A stretch of DNA of 41,703 nucleotides from Desulfobacterales bacterium. Lineage in GTDB: Bacteria > Desulfobacterota > Desulfobacteria > Desulfobacterales > ETH-SRB1. Under the pieces are notes generated by a model. It had not been told where the DNA came from. It made no database searches and worked only from the letters and a program-made list of their open reading frames with translations. The position numbers and the translations under genes are program-made. This document shows positions 10,019-19,467 of the stretch, piece after piece (position 1 is the first letter of the stretch; every line of letters begins with the position of its first letter). The DNA lies in contig JAUWOS010000003.1 of NCBI GenBank assembly GCA_030611985.1, positions 1 through 41,703 of the forward strand, read 5' to 3'.

Positions 10019-12286
10019 TTACTCCGTGTATCCACACTCTTTTGTAAGGCAGGCAAAAAAATTACCTCGTTTTTTGGTGGATTTTTCAACCAGAAACCTG
10101 GCGTTGCAGTCCGGGCATTCTTTTGCTACCGGCTTATCCCAGACTGCAAATGTACATTCAGGATAACGATTGCAACTGTAGAAAATTTTGCCGCGCCTGG
10201 ACCTTTTTTCAACAATGTCACCGGAGCAATCTTTTTCCGGACATTTTACACCTGTTGTCTGGTTTGTGCCTTTCTGACCTAATGATTTGGTGTTTTTACA
10301 ATCAGGATAACCGCTGCATCCAAGAAACTTTCCGTTTCTTCCATTTTTTATGACCATCGGCTTTCCGCATTTTTCACAAACCTCGTCTGAATCTTCATCA
10401 TGAGACAGCTTGATTAAATGAAGCTTCCCTTTTTCATCCCTGTTATAGTCGCTTGTATAAGTGCATTTCGGGTATCCATTACACGCAAGATAAGGTCCGT
10501 ATTTGCTGATCTTGATATGCAATTGATGTTCTTTGCATCCTGGACAGGTAATATCTGTTGAAAAACCCACGCCCCTTATATTGAGCATGTTTTCTGATGC
10601 TTCTTTTAGTTTTTTTTCAAAAGGCTCATAAAAACGGTTCAAAATATTTACAAAATCAGCCTCTGCGACTTCCACGCTGTCCAGATCGTTTTCCATCCTG
10701 GCCGTAAAATCGACATCAAATACATCAGGAAAACTTTCAACTAGAAGATCGTTAACCAAAAATCCTATTTCGTTCGGTCTGAAATATCCTTTGACAAGAT
10801 CCACATATCCTTTCCCTCTGATTGTGGAGAGTATAGTGGCATAAGTACTAGGACGACCGATTCCGTTCTCTTCAAGTTCTTTTACGAGCGATGCCTCCGA
10901 AAATCTGGGCGGAGGCATGGTAAAGTGCTGTTTTGGTTCTAATTTATCAAGTTTTAATATCATGCCTTCAGTAAGTTCAGGAAGTTTTTCCTCTTTTTTT
11001 TCAGTTTTAATCTCGTCATCTGCAGATATATAAAGAGCCATAAAACCTGGAAATTTAATAGATGATCCGCTTGCGTTAAACAGACAGGAACCCGCTGCAA
11101 TCGATACTGAAATTTTATTTATAAGCGCTTGTTTCATCTGCGATGCAACAAATCGCTTCCAGATAAGCTGGTATAGCGCTAACTGGTCTTTGGAAAGGTA
11201 GGAAGCTAATTTGTCAGGAACATTAAAAACCGATGTAGGACGTATTGCCTCATGTGCATCCTGAACTTTTTTTCGATTTTTGAAAAATCTCGGTTTTTCA
11301 AGCGCATATTCTTCTCCGAAATTTTTCCGAATCAGCGCGAGGGCCTCCTGAGCAGCCTCTTTTGCTATCCTTGTGGAATCCGTACGCATGTACGTGATAA
11401 GTCCTACGGGTTCGCCAGGTCCAAGCTCAATGCCCTCGTAAAGCTGCTGCGCCACAATCATGGTCTTTTTGGCGGAAAATCTAAGTTTTCCTATGGCTTC
11501 CTGCTGCAGCTTGCTCGTGATAAAGGGCGGAAGAGGATTTTTTTTTGTGGTTTTTTTAAGAACTTTTTTTACAACAAAACTTTCATTCGACAATTCATCC
11601 AGAATGGAAACAGCTCCATTTTCATCGGAAATTTTAATTTTTTTTTCGTTTTTCTTTACAAGTTTTGCTTTAAACGGCGGCGGTGAAACGCCTTCAAGAT
11701 AAGCTGTTATTGACCAGTATTCTTCAGGATTAAAGGCATGTATGGCCCGCTCTCTTTCGCAGATTATGCGCACCGAAACAGATTGCACGCGTCCGGCGCT
11801 AAGACCTCCTTTTACTTTACGCCACAACAACGGAGATATCTGATATCCTACAAGCCTGTCTAAAATCCTGCGCGCTTGCTGAGCGTCATACTTGTTTTGA
11901 TTAAGATCGGCAGATAAAGTTATTGCTTCATTAATAGCGCTTTTTGTAAGTTCATAAAAAAGTACTCTGTGAAATCTTCTTCCCTTTTTCTTTAAAACTT
12001 CTGCTGCATGAAAAGCAATTGCCTCACCTTCCCTATCAGGGTCAGGCGCAAGATATATATCTGTGGCATCGCCCGCCGCTCTTTTTAAAGCGCTTATAAC
12101 TTTCTGCTTTCCAGGAAGCGCAACGTATTTTGGCTTGAAACTGTCTTCAATATCAATACCCATTTCCTTTTTAGGAAGGTCTTTTATATGTCCGACAGTT
12201 GCGGCTACATTATAGTTATTGCCAAGATACTTTTTTATTGTTTTTACTTTTGTGGGTGATTCTACTATAATAAGTGGTTTAGTCAC
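10019..12286 (-). CDS. topA: DNA topoisomerase I
   Basis: IIVESPTK, PDPDREGEAIA, SAGRVQS, AQQLYEG, ITYMRTDS, AHEAIRPT, GIGRPSTYA, C-terminal zinc ribbons. Confidence 0.98.
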   Translation of the reverse strand: MTKPLIIVESPTKVKTIKKYLGNNYNVAATVGHIKDLPKKEMGIDIEDSFKPKYVALPGKQKVISALKRAAGDATDIYLAPDPDREGEAIAFHAAEVLKKKGRRFHRVLFYELTKSAINEAITLSADLNQNKYDAQQARRILDRLVGYQISPLLWRKVKGGLSAGRVQSVSVRIICERERAIHAFNPEEYWSITAYLEGVSPPPFKAKLVKKNEKKIKISDENGAVSILDELSNESFVVKKVLKKTTKKNPLPPFITSKLQQEAIGKLRFSAKKTMIVAQQLYEGIELGPGEPVGLITYMRTDSTRIAKEAAQEALALIRKNFGEEYALEKPRFFKNRKKVQDAHEAIRPTSVFNVPDKLASYLSKDQLALYQLIWKRFVASQMKQALINKISVSIAAGSCLFNASGSSIKFPGFMALYISADDEIKTEKKEEKLPELTEGMILKLDKLEPKQHFTMPPPRFSEASLVKELEENGIGRPSTYATILSTIRGKGYVDLVKGYFRPNEIGFLVNDLLVESFPDVFDVDFTARMENDLDSVEVAEADFVNILNRFYEPFEKKLKEASENMLNIRGVGFSTDITCPGCKEHQLHIKISKYGPYLACNGYPKCTYTSDYNRDEKGKLHLIKLSHDEDSDEVCEKCGKPMVIKNGRNGKFLGCSGYPDCKNTKSLGQKGTNQTTGVKCPEKDCSGDIVEKRSRRGKIFYSCNRYPECTFAVWDKPVAKECPDCNARFLVEKSTKKRGNFFACLTKECGYTE

Positions 12287-12313
12287 TGTACTTTCCTCTT
12301 TTAATTGACAATA

Positions 12314-13408
12314 TCAACTTTCTACGGAAAAGATCTTTCCTGGAGACTGTCTCACAATTCCTTTTAGTTCAAGCATGAGGAGTATGCTCGAAAGTTTCCC
12401 CGGTTCCATAGACATTTTCCGCACAAGATCGTCTATATGAACGGGATACTGTCCGAGCGCCTTAAATACGGAAGATTCCTCTGATGATAAAAGCGGAGGT
12501 TCGCTTACTGCTCTGTTTTGATTGTTATTGTGAGATTGAATTATCGCTGAGAATTCTTCTACTATATCCTGCGCATTTTCGACCAGTTTGGCGCCTTGTT
12601 TTATAAGAGCATGCGCTCCGGTACTTTTAAATGATTGAATACTTCCCGGAACGGCAAAGACTTCTCTGTTCTGTTCCGCTGCAAGACGCGCCGTAATGAG
12701 AGATCCACTTCTTCCGGTTGCCTCCACGACAACGGTTCCAAGGGAAATTCCGCTGATTATTCTGTTTCGTACAGGAAAATTATATGCTTCGGGTCCTGTT
12801 GTAAGAGGAAACTCTGAAACAACAGCGCCGCTTTCAGCAATCTTGTAAAAAAGTTTCAGGTTTTCTGCAGGGTAAATCCTTTCAAGACCACTTCCAAGAA
12901 CGGCGATTGTTTTCCCTCCAGCCTCCAAAGTTCCTTCATGGGCAGCGGTATCAATCCCTATTGCCATACCGCTGACAGTTGTAATTTTAAGGGAAGCTAA
13001 ATTTGCGCACAACTGTCTTGTTGTGGAAATGCCATAACTTGTTGCATTTCTGGAACCGACAATTGCAATGTTTTTTATGGAACCGTCAAGACATCCGAAA
13101 ACATATAAAAAAGGCGGGGGATCAGGTATCTGAAGTAAAAGTGGCGGGTAATCAGGATCTGACATGGTTACAATTTTGTAACCTTTTTTTATTACAAGAT
13201 CAAAATCTCTTTTGACCTTTTCAGATATTTTACACTGTTTTATGGCCGACACAAGACGACGCGACATACCGTCAACACAAATAAGATCTTCGGGCGATGC
13301 TTCAAAAACAAGCTCTGGAGACTTAAAACGATCTATAAGCCGCTTGAAAAAATGATTGCCTATTCCGTGAACACTTTTCAAGGCAAACCATGGCAGAAGT
13401 TTTTCCAC
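12314..13408 (-). CDS. dprA: DNA-processing protein DprA
   Basis: YPPLLLQIPDPPP, IAIVGSRNA, VSGMAIGIDTAAH, FPVRNRIISG, SGSLITA; classic dprA-topA order. Confidence 0.95.
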   Translation of the reverse strand: MEKLLPWFALKSVHGIGNHFFKRLIDRFKSPELVFEASPEDLICVDGMSRRLVSAIKQCKISEKVKRDFDLVIKKGYKIVTMSDPDYPPLLLQIPDPPPFLYVFGCLDGSIKNIAIVGSRNATSYGISTTRQLCANLASLKITTVSGMAIGIDTAAHEGTLEAGGKTIAVLGSGLERIYPAENLKLFYKIAESGAVVSEFPLTTGPEAYNFPVRNRIISGISLGTVVVEATGRSGSLITARLAAEQNREVFAVPGSIQSFKSTGAHALIKQGAKLVENAQDIVEEFSAIIQSHNNNQNRAVSEPPLLSSEESSVFKALGQYPVHIDDLVRKMSMEPGKLSSILLMLELKGIVRQSPGKIFSVES

Positions 13409-14449
13409 TTATTTTTTCTTTCCGTGCCCCTGCCAGGCAAGAAGTATGGGGCTTGCCACGAATATTGAGGAATATGTTCCTGTAAGAATTCCGACTATCA
13501 TTGCAAACGCAAAGTCATGGATAATTCCGCCTCCCATGACAAACAAGGATACAACCACGACAAGTGTTGTAACAGAAGTCAGTATTGTGCGGCTTAGAGT
13601 CTCATTTATGCTTCTGTTAATAATGAATTCTAACGTATTTTTATGATGCTTTCTAAGGTTTTCACGAATACGATCAAAAACAATAATTGTATCATTCAAT
13701 GAATATCCGATTATGGTGAGAAGTGCAGCTATAATCGGAAGCGTAAATTCTTTATCTAAAATAGAAAATATCCCGACTGTAATAATAACATCATGCATAA
13801 GAGCCACAATAGCACCCATTGCATATTTAAGTTTAAGAACCCAAAATAGTATAAGTGTGATAACAAGAGCAACACCAATAAGAAACGGGATGCTGACATC
13901 AAGAAGAGAAAGAAAATAAACAACACTCATAAGCGACACTGCCATGACTCCACTTAAAATCCACTTTAATTCAAAACGACCTGAGATATATATTGAAATA
14001 AACAGCAGGGCATAAAACATGGCAAAGAGCGCTTTTTTTCGCAAATCTTCGCCTACCTGCGGACCCACCATCTCAACACGACGGATTTCTACATTATTTC
14101 CTGCGGCGGATTCAAGAGCTTTTTTCACTCTGAGAGAAAGTCCTTGATCAGTTACGACGGATTTGTCGGTACGGATGAGATATTCATTCTCTTTTTTATC
14201 ACCAAATGCCTGCACCGATGATTTTTCGAGTCCCATAGCATCAAGACCGGATTTCATGTCCTCTATGCTTACAGGAGAGGAAAATTTTACCTGCACCAAT
14301 GTTCCACCAGCAAAATCAATCCCGAATCTTGGTCCCTTGTGTATTATAAGAGATAAAAAGCTGACAAGGATTATAGTAATTGATATGTAAAAAGCTATTT
14401 TTCTTTTACTGATAATATCTATGTTTATGTCGGGTTTTATAAACCGCAT
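13409..14449 (-). CDS. secF: Protein translocase subunit SecF
   Basis: GIDFAGGT, VGPQVG, IAALLTIIGYSLNDTIIVFDRIREN, TLSRTILTS, GTYSSIFVASP. Confidence 0.95.
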   Translation of the reverse strand: MRFIKPDINIDIISKRKIAFYISITIILVSFLSLIIHKGPRFGIDFAGGTLVQVKFSSPVSIEDMKSGLDAMGLEKSSVQAFGDKKENEYLIRTDKSVVTDQGLSLRVKKALESAAGNNVEIRRVEMVGPQVGEDLRKKALFAMFYALLFISIYISGRFELKWILSGVMAVSLMSVVYFLSLLDVSIPFLIGVALVITLILFWVLKLKYAMGAIVALMHDVIITVGIFSILDKEFTLPIIAALLTIIGYSLNDTIIVFDRIRENLRKHHKNTLEFIINRSINETLSRTILTSVTTLVVVVSLFVMGGGIIHDFAFAMIVGILTGTYSSIFVASPILLAWQGHGKKK

Positions 14450-14500
14450 TTAAATCTTCCTTTTTTAAATTTATAGTATGGGGATTTCTATCATACAGTT

Positions 14501-15220
14501 TTATATCGTATCTTCCTCAGCCTCAGCCTCAGCTTTATCAACATTTTTGCTGAGCTTTTTCAGTTCACCGGACAGGATCGAATATGACCATTTTTTTCCT
14601 GTTTTGGACTTAAACCCGCTTTTATTCAACAAATCAGCAATCTTTTTTATGGAAACCCATTTTTTATAATGATACTGAGCAACCTCCATGGCTTTTTCAA
14701 ACTGGTCTTTGTATTTATCTTTAGCGGAAGGTTTTATTAGTGCTACTTCATCGACTGTATTATGCTCAACTCTATTTTCATAGGGTTTGGCAATGGCTGC
14801 CGCTTGACTCTCTTTGGCTTTAATAGCCATTTCCTTATAGATAGGACACTTTGACTCACAAGAAGCTTTGAACCGGTTTTTTTCACATCTGCAATCAAAA
14901 GTGACATCAGACTTGTAAATATATTTGATGTTGGACTTCGTACTATGCCGTATTCGCGATTTGGAGCTGGACGATATAACTGATAACATGTCGACACAGT
15001 ATTTAATCATCCATTCCCGACATTCATCCGAAGTTACTCCTATATGTTTAAACCAGGTAGCGACATATTGAGTTATATCCTGACGTGATGGGATTCTATC
15101 GTCACCGGAAAATCGTTCCAGACTGAGTCCGTTTGTGATTAAATCTCTGATACATGGAAATAAACGCTTTTCATTATTTTCAATTAATATTTTTTGTAGT
15201 TTATTTAGATACATAAGCAT
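14501..15220 (-). CDS. Hypothetical protein: PriL/PriCT-like Cys-rich domain plus C-terminal recombinase-type DNA-binding helix
   Basis: Open frame; LFPCI...FDCRC...SC...CPIY and SIKKIADLLNKSGFKSKTGKKWSYSIL; the ORF-track start (15259) lies inside a repeat so Met at 15220 or 15214 is more likely. Confidence 0.6.
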   Translation of the reverse strand: MLMYLNKLQKILIENNEKRLFPCIRDLITNGLSLERFSGDDRIPSRQDITQYVATWFKHIGVTSDECREWMIKYCVDMLSVISSSSKSRIRHSTKSNIKYIYKSDVTFDCRCEKNRFKASCESKCPIYKEMAIKAKESQAAAIAKPYENRVEHNTVDEVALIKPSAKDKYKDQFEKAMEVAQYHYKKWVSIKKIADLLNKSGFKSKTGKKWSYSILSGELKKLSKNVDKAEAEAEEDTI

Positions 15221-15223
15221 ATA

Positions 15224-15356
15224 TAATAAAAGTTTCCCAAACGACTTAACATTATACAAGATTTAAGATTTAAGAAATGCTACCATTTTTAATAGTCAAT
15301 TTTAATCTTAAGTTATTAAAATTATAACATAATAATTCATTTGGGAAATTTTTATA
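15224..15356. repeat. Family E AT-rich element with degenerate inverted ends
   Basis: TAATAAAAGTTTCCCAAACGACTTAACATT at left, TCATTTGGGAAATTTTTAT at right; same end sequence at 29588 and 33385. Confidence 0.6.
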
Positions 15357-15369
15357 TACAAGTAACGCT

Positions 15370-15449
15370 TCCCTTCGGGACTTGCGAATTTTTGTTCAAC
15401 TCGTCCCGACAATAAATTGTCGAGCTATTTTCAAATGTCCCTACGGGAC
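15370..15449. repeat. REP-like short hairpin pair (TCCCTTCGGGA and GTCCCTACGGGAC)
   Basis: Two related GC hairpins about 65 bp apart in an AT-rich spacer. Confidence 0.5.
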
Positions 15450-15500
15450 AAAACGATCATATAAACTACATAATACATCTTTGGTGAAATAACAAGATAA

Positions 15501-15520
15501 GGTTATTTCGTCCCAGTTTT
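15501..15520 (-). repeat. Degenerate family A terminal repeat
   Basis: GGTTATTTCGTCCCAGTTTT resembles AAGTTATTTCGTCCACGTTCC; ~26 bp past the acyltransferase stop. Confidence 0.45.
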
Positions 15521-15546
15521 TGAATCTTTTATTCTTGTATAGGAAA

Positions 15547-16494
15547 TTATAAAATGGAATTCTCTTTTTTTCTTTTTTCCTCTTTTCTTTTTGCTTTTTC
15601 TGGAATGTCCTTTATTCTCCAGCGGCGGTGTACCCAGAACCAGTTATCGGGCGCCATCCTTACATATTTTTCAATTATAGTATTAAAGAGAGTTGTATTT
15701 TTGACAATATCACGGCTTATGTTACCGCTTCGCACCAGAGAAACAGGAGGTTCAAACATTATTTTATAGCGACCATCTTTTTGGCGGATATTAAATACAG
15801 GAAGAACGGTAGCGCCATATCGCATGGCAAACATGGCAAGCCCTTTGTTAGTACAAGTGATTCTGTTAAAAAACGGAACATAAACTCCTTCATACCACGA
15901 GGCATTCTGATCAAGCATAATACCAATAACCTGATTTTTGCTCAGTATTTGACGAATTAAATTTGCGCTTTTGTCCTTATCCAGAACTTTATTTCCTGTT
16001 CTACTTCTTATTTCAGTCAAAACTTTATCCATTGGAGAAAAATCAAGTGGTCGAACAAGAGCATTAATCGGCAGATCAAATTTAAGAGCGGTGGCAAGTG
16101 TCGCTAATTCCCAGTTCCCTAAATGTGCGCTAAGAAAAAGTACTCCTTTTCCTCGCAAAAGGGCTTCTTCGAGGTGACTTTGTCCCGAAAATATTACGTA
16201 CGAATCTATATTATCTTTGCTTAGTTTAAGCAAAGAAGGAATTTCAAGCGCAACTCTTACAAGCTGAACAAAATTAGCCTTGACCATATGGCAAATTCTA
16301 TCTTTGTCGATCTCATTGCTAAAGGCTTTAAGCATATTGTCGAAGGCTATATCTCGATGGTATCGATCCAGAATGTACCATATTCTTCCTAAAGGAACAG
16401 CAAGACAAACAAGCAACTCGCGTGGAACTATCGCAAGCGCTTTTAAGAATTTCTTGATAATACTGTATTGCAGATCCTCTTTTGACTTACTCAT
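15547..16494 (-). CDS. Lipid A late acyltransferase (LpxL/HtrB family)
   Basis: GKGVLFLSAHLGNWE, MLDQ, VYVPFF, PDNWFWVHRRWR. Confidence 0.88.
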   Translation of the reverse strand: MSKSKEDLQYSIIKKFLKALAIVPRELLVCLAVPLGRIWYILDRYHRDIAFDNMLKAFSNEIDKDRICHMVKANFVQLVRVALEIPSLLKLSKDNIDSYVIFSGQSHLEEALLRGKGVLFLSAHLGNWELATLATALKFDLPINALVRPLDFSPMDKVLTEIRSRTGNKVLDKDKSANLIRQILSKNQVIGIMLDQNASWYEGVYVPFFNRITCTNKGLAMFAMRYGATVLPVFNIRQKDGRYKIMFEPPVSLVRSGNISRDIVKNTTLFNTIIEKYVRMAPDNWFWVHRRWRIKDIPEKAKRKEEKRKKENSIL

Positions 16495-17713
16495 AACTAT
16501 CTTTTGGGTTCATTTCGATATTGCTTCCAATGAAGACTATTAAAAAGGCTAAAAGCGCCTGATACCAGCTATGGTAGATATTGAATCCTGTAATTCCTAT
16601 AACAAGCAAAACGACCATACATGAAATCCAAGCAACACGAAAGCCATTTATATTTTTCATTGCAATGCGTACAGTATTTACCAAAAGCCAGGAAAAAGCT
16701 GTGAATCCGAGTATTCCCGTACAGGAAATGAGCATTAAAAAAATGTTGTGAGCATGGGTCGCTTCATTTAACATGCGAACTCTGCCATCAGGCGCAACAA
16801 ATTCAGCTACAGCGCCAGATGTTGCTATTTCTCGATATACATCCTGAAACGACGATACTCCTACTCCGAATAAAGGATTATCAAGCCACATAACCCAGGC
16901 AACTTTCCAAATATAGATACGAGCATAGACGCTGGAAAGATTCCACATCCCTTTGACCTGGAAGAAAACTGCAACAGTAAATATAAATAGTAAAATCACC
17001 GTCAAAGCCATAGCCGGTGAAATACGCTTTCGGAAAAAACAAGTAACGCAAAAAAGGATACCTGCTAATGATGCTAATATGGCTGTGCGAATATGAGTCT
17101 GAAAAACCAGAATCAATGCAACCAGTCCAACTCCAATGATAATACTTTTCTTCTTATTGGACAAACTCTTATCAAAAATACCCCAGGCAATAAAAAAAGC
17201 TGATGCATAGGCTGTGAGCCCTGAAATACGGGAGGCTTCTTTCAGCTTGCCTGTATACCGTATTAAAGGCTTACCAAATATATCATAGCCAAAAACATAG
17301 GCTGATATTGTGTTTACAGCAACCCAGATTATACTGCCGACCAAACCATATAAAAGATATTTAAACACAGGGAGTCGCTGAGAAACATCTAAAAGCGCCA
17401 TAACAAAAAGAAGGTATCTTATAAAAACAAAATCATGAGCCCAACCTTTGGTTCCATGACCGTTAACCAAAAGACTTATCACAATACTTGCAAACCAGAC
17501 TATCCATGGAATTACAAGGGGATGTTTTATAATCCGCCCTAAAGGATTTTCTTTTGTCACAATAGAACGTATTATCCAGCAAAGCCCCACAATGCCTATA
17601 ATGGATTCAAAGCCGATATTGCCTATAGCAATGCCAACTGGAACCAGTCCACCCAAAACAGCACAAAACTTGTCAAGGCGAAATGCCCATATGCGACGTG
17701 ACTCTTCAAGCAT
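16487..17713 (-). CDS. O-antigen ligase family protein (WaaL-like)
   Basis: Polytopic membrane protein; RIYIWKVAW..WLDNPLFGVG, HAHNIFL, GILG. Confidence 0.85.
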   Translation of the reverse strand: MLEESRRIWAFRLDKFCAVLGGLVPVGIAIGNIGFESIIGIVGLCWIIRSIVTKENPLGRIIKHPLVIPWIVWFASIVISLLVNGHGTKGWAHDFVFIRYLLFVMALLDVSQRLPVFKYLLYGLVGSIIWVAVNTISAYVFGYDIFGKPLIRYTGKLKEASRISGLTAYASAFFIAWGIFDKSLSNKKKSIIIGVGLVALILVFQTHIRTAILASLAGILFCVTCFFRKRISPAMALTVILLFIFTVAVFFQVKGMWNLSSVYARIYIWKVAWVMWLDNPLFGVGVSSFQDVYREIATSGAVAEFVAPDGRVRMLNEATHAHNIFLMLISCTGILGFTAFSWLLVNTVRIAMKNINGFRVAWISCMVVLLVIGITGFNIYHSWYQALLAFLIVFIGSNIEMNPKDSYE

Positions 17714-17719
17714 ATATAT

Positions 17720-18778
17720 TTAAAAATCCTTTCGATATAGCGCTTTTTCCAATATGTTTTTCAGCATTTCCCTCAGTTTTTCCTCACTGAAAAAAACATC
17801 GAAAAGTTTCCGGGTCTCTTTTCCGCGTAGTGCGAGTTTACAAGGTTCCTTTATCCATTTTCGCACAAGCGCTGCCAGGGAAACCGGATCGCCCTCTGGA
17901 ACCCAGCCGATAACATTCGACTTGCCAAGCGATAGCGGATAAGCTTTTGAACGTCTGGTGATTAAGGGACGACCTGCTGCCATTGCCTGAAATACTTTGT
18001 TGGGTATCACAAGATCGGACTTTAAGGTTGTACCGAATATCCCCAGCAGCACATGAGCTTTTGCTATACGAACCGGTAGCTCGTCGTATTTTATCCATGG
18101 TTCAAAAAAAATGTTGTTTAAACCCCGAGCCTCCTTTTCAATATCTGTCCTCAAATCACCATCGCCAAGCAATACCCACTTTATGTCAAGGTCCTGGTTT
18201 TTTTGTGCGGCTTTCACAATTACGTCCACCCCCTGAAGCTTTAAAAAACTTCCATAAAAAAGTACCTCAAAAGGGGGTTGCGGCAACGAAGGTGGCATGG
18301 GCGTGAAAAGATCGGTTTCAGCTCCCACATACAGCACGCATATCTTATCCGGCTTTACGCGAAGCTCCTCTTTAAAATAATCAGCATGGACCGGTGTGTC
18401 GGCTATAATGATATCTGCTTTTGAAAAAAGGTTAGCTTCCCAAAAACGCTTCTTCTTTGCCTGTTTCGAATTCGGCAGCCACTTATTTCTTTCGAACACT
18501 TCTTTTTCATAAGCCGATATAAGAGGATCTACAATTAGAGGCACTCCCCACTTATTGGCCCAGTATGATGCAGATAAAATATCTCTTTGTCTGAAGCAGG
18601 ACACCCATATAATGTCCGGCTTATTTAGACGATGAAGGTATGCCTCAAAAAGACCTATCTGGCTTGCAACAGGATGAAAAAAATCCACCCTCCAGCCAAG
18701 ATCGGAAAAAAGACCGATCACAACACGGTTTCGCGAATAATCCAAATTAGAACGACCCCACCATAGGACAGACGGCAT
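17720..18778 (-). CDS. Glycosyltransferase, GT4/GT-B fold
   Basis: VLFYGSFLKLQGVD, LLGDG, VIPNKVFQAMAAGRPLIT. Confidence 0.85.
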   Translation of the reverse strand: MPSVLWWGRSNLDYSRNRVVIGLFSDLGWRVDFFHPVASQIGLFEAYLHRLNKPDIIWVSCFRQRDILSASYWANKWGVPLIVDPLISAYEKEVFERNKWLPNSKQAKKKRFWEANLFSKADIIIADTPVHADYFKEELRVKPDKICVLYVGAETDLFTPMPPSLPQPPFEVLFYGSFLKLQGVDVIVKAAQKNQDLDIKWVLLGDGDLRTDIEKEARGLNNIFFEPWIKYDELPVRIAKAHVLLGIFGTTLKSDLVIPNKVFQAMAAGRPLITRRSKAYPLSLGKSNVIGWVPEGDPVSLAALVRKWIKEPCKLALRGKETRKLFDVFFSEEKLREMLKNILEKALYRKDF

Positions 18779-19456
18779 TTATTTTTTTCCTGTTGAAGAA
18801 TACAGCCACGCCAGTTTTTTTTTCTTGAAGCTATGTATTTTACTCCGTATTCGCAAATCAGCAAACCAATCGGCATGAAGAGCAAGCGGAATAATATCAA
18901 CACAACCAATTGCATCAATATGGTAAAGGCATATTTTTGAGTTGTTTATCTGACGAACAAGTGTATTAATCAAACCCATTTCCCGCAACATAATATGATG
19001 TTTCAACTGCCATTTAAAAAAATCACTCAATCCCTGTCGCAGTAATTTTTTTTGATGTACTCCCAGAATTTCCGGTTGCAGATAACAATCCCGCAACGAA
19101 ATACATGGCGAGCCATCACTGTTGCATATTAGTTCCCATGCCACACCTTTGCCCATATCTGTATCTACGAAGCCGTAGCATTTTGGTAAATGATCAAATG
19201 GTCGAGATTTTTTTTGCTTTTGTAAAAATCGAACATATAAAACATCAATAAAGTTATAATCAAAATATTGGATATTACAACCTCTTGACAACCAGAATAA
19301 CCAATCTCGAATACTCCGAATATTGAATTCCTGTTCAACTAAAACGCGTGATATTTTAATGCACCTGTTGTGAGTAACAGGATCCTGATAAACGATTCTA
19401 TCTTCACCTCTACCAATAATTTTAGCATTTTTAAGAGAAATCATAGTTGTCAGCAT
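18779..19456 (-). CDS. YrbL family kinase-like protein
   Basis: IGRGEDRIVYQDP..RCIKI, HLPKCYGFVDTDMGKG, ELICNSDG, IDAIG. Confidence 0.75.
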   Translation of the reverse strand: MLTTMISLKNAKIIGRGEDRIVYQDPVTHNRCIKISRVLVEQEFNIRSIRDWLFWLSRGCNIQYFDYNFIDVLYVRFLQKQKKSRPFDHLPKCYGFVDTDMGKGVAWELICNSDGSPCISLRDCYLQPEILGVHQKKLLRQGLSDFFKWQLKHHIMLREMGLINTLVRQINNSKICLYHIDAIGCVDIIPLALHADWFADLRIRSKIHSFKKKKLAWLYSSTGKK

Positions 19457-19467
19457 TTTTTAGTTTT

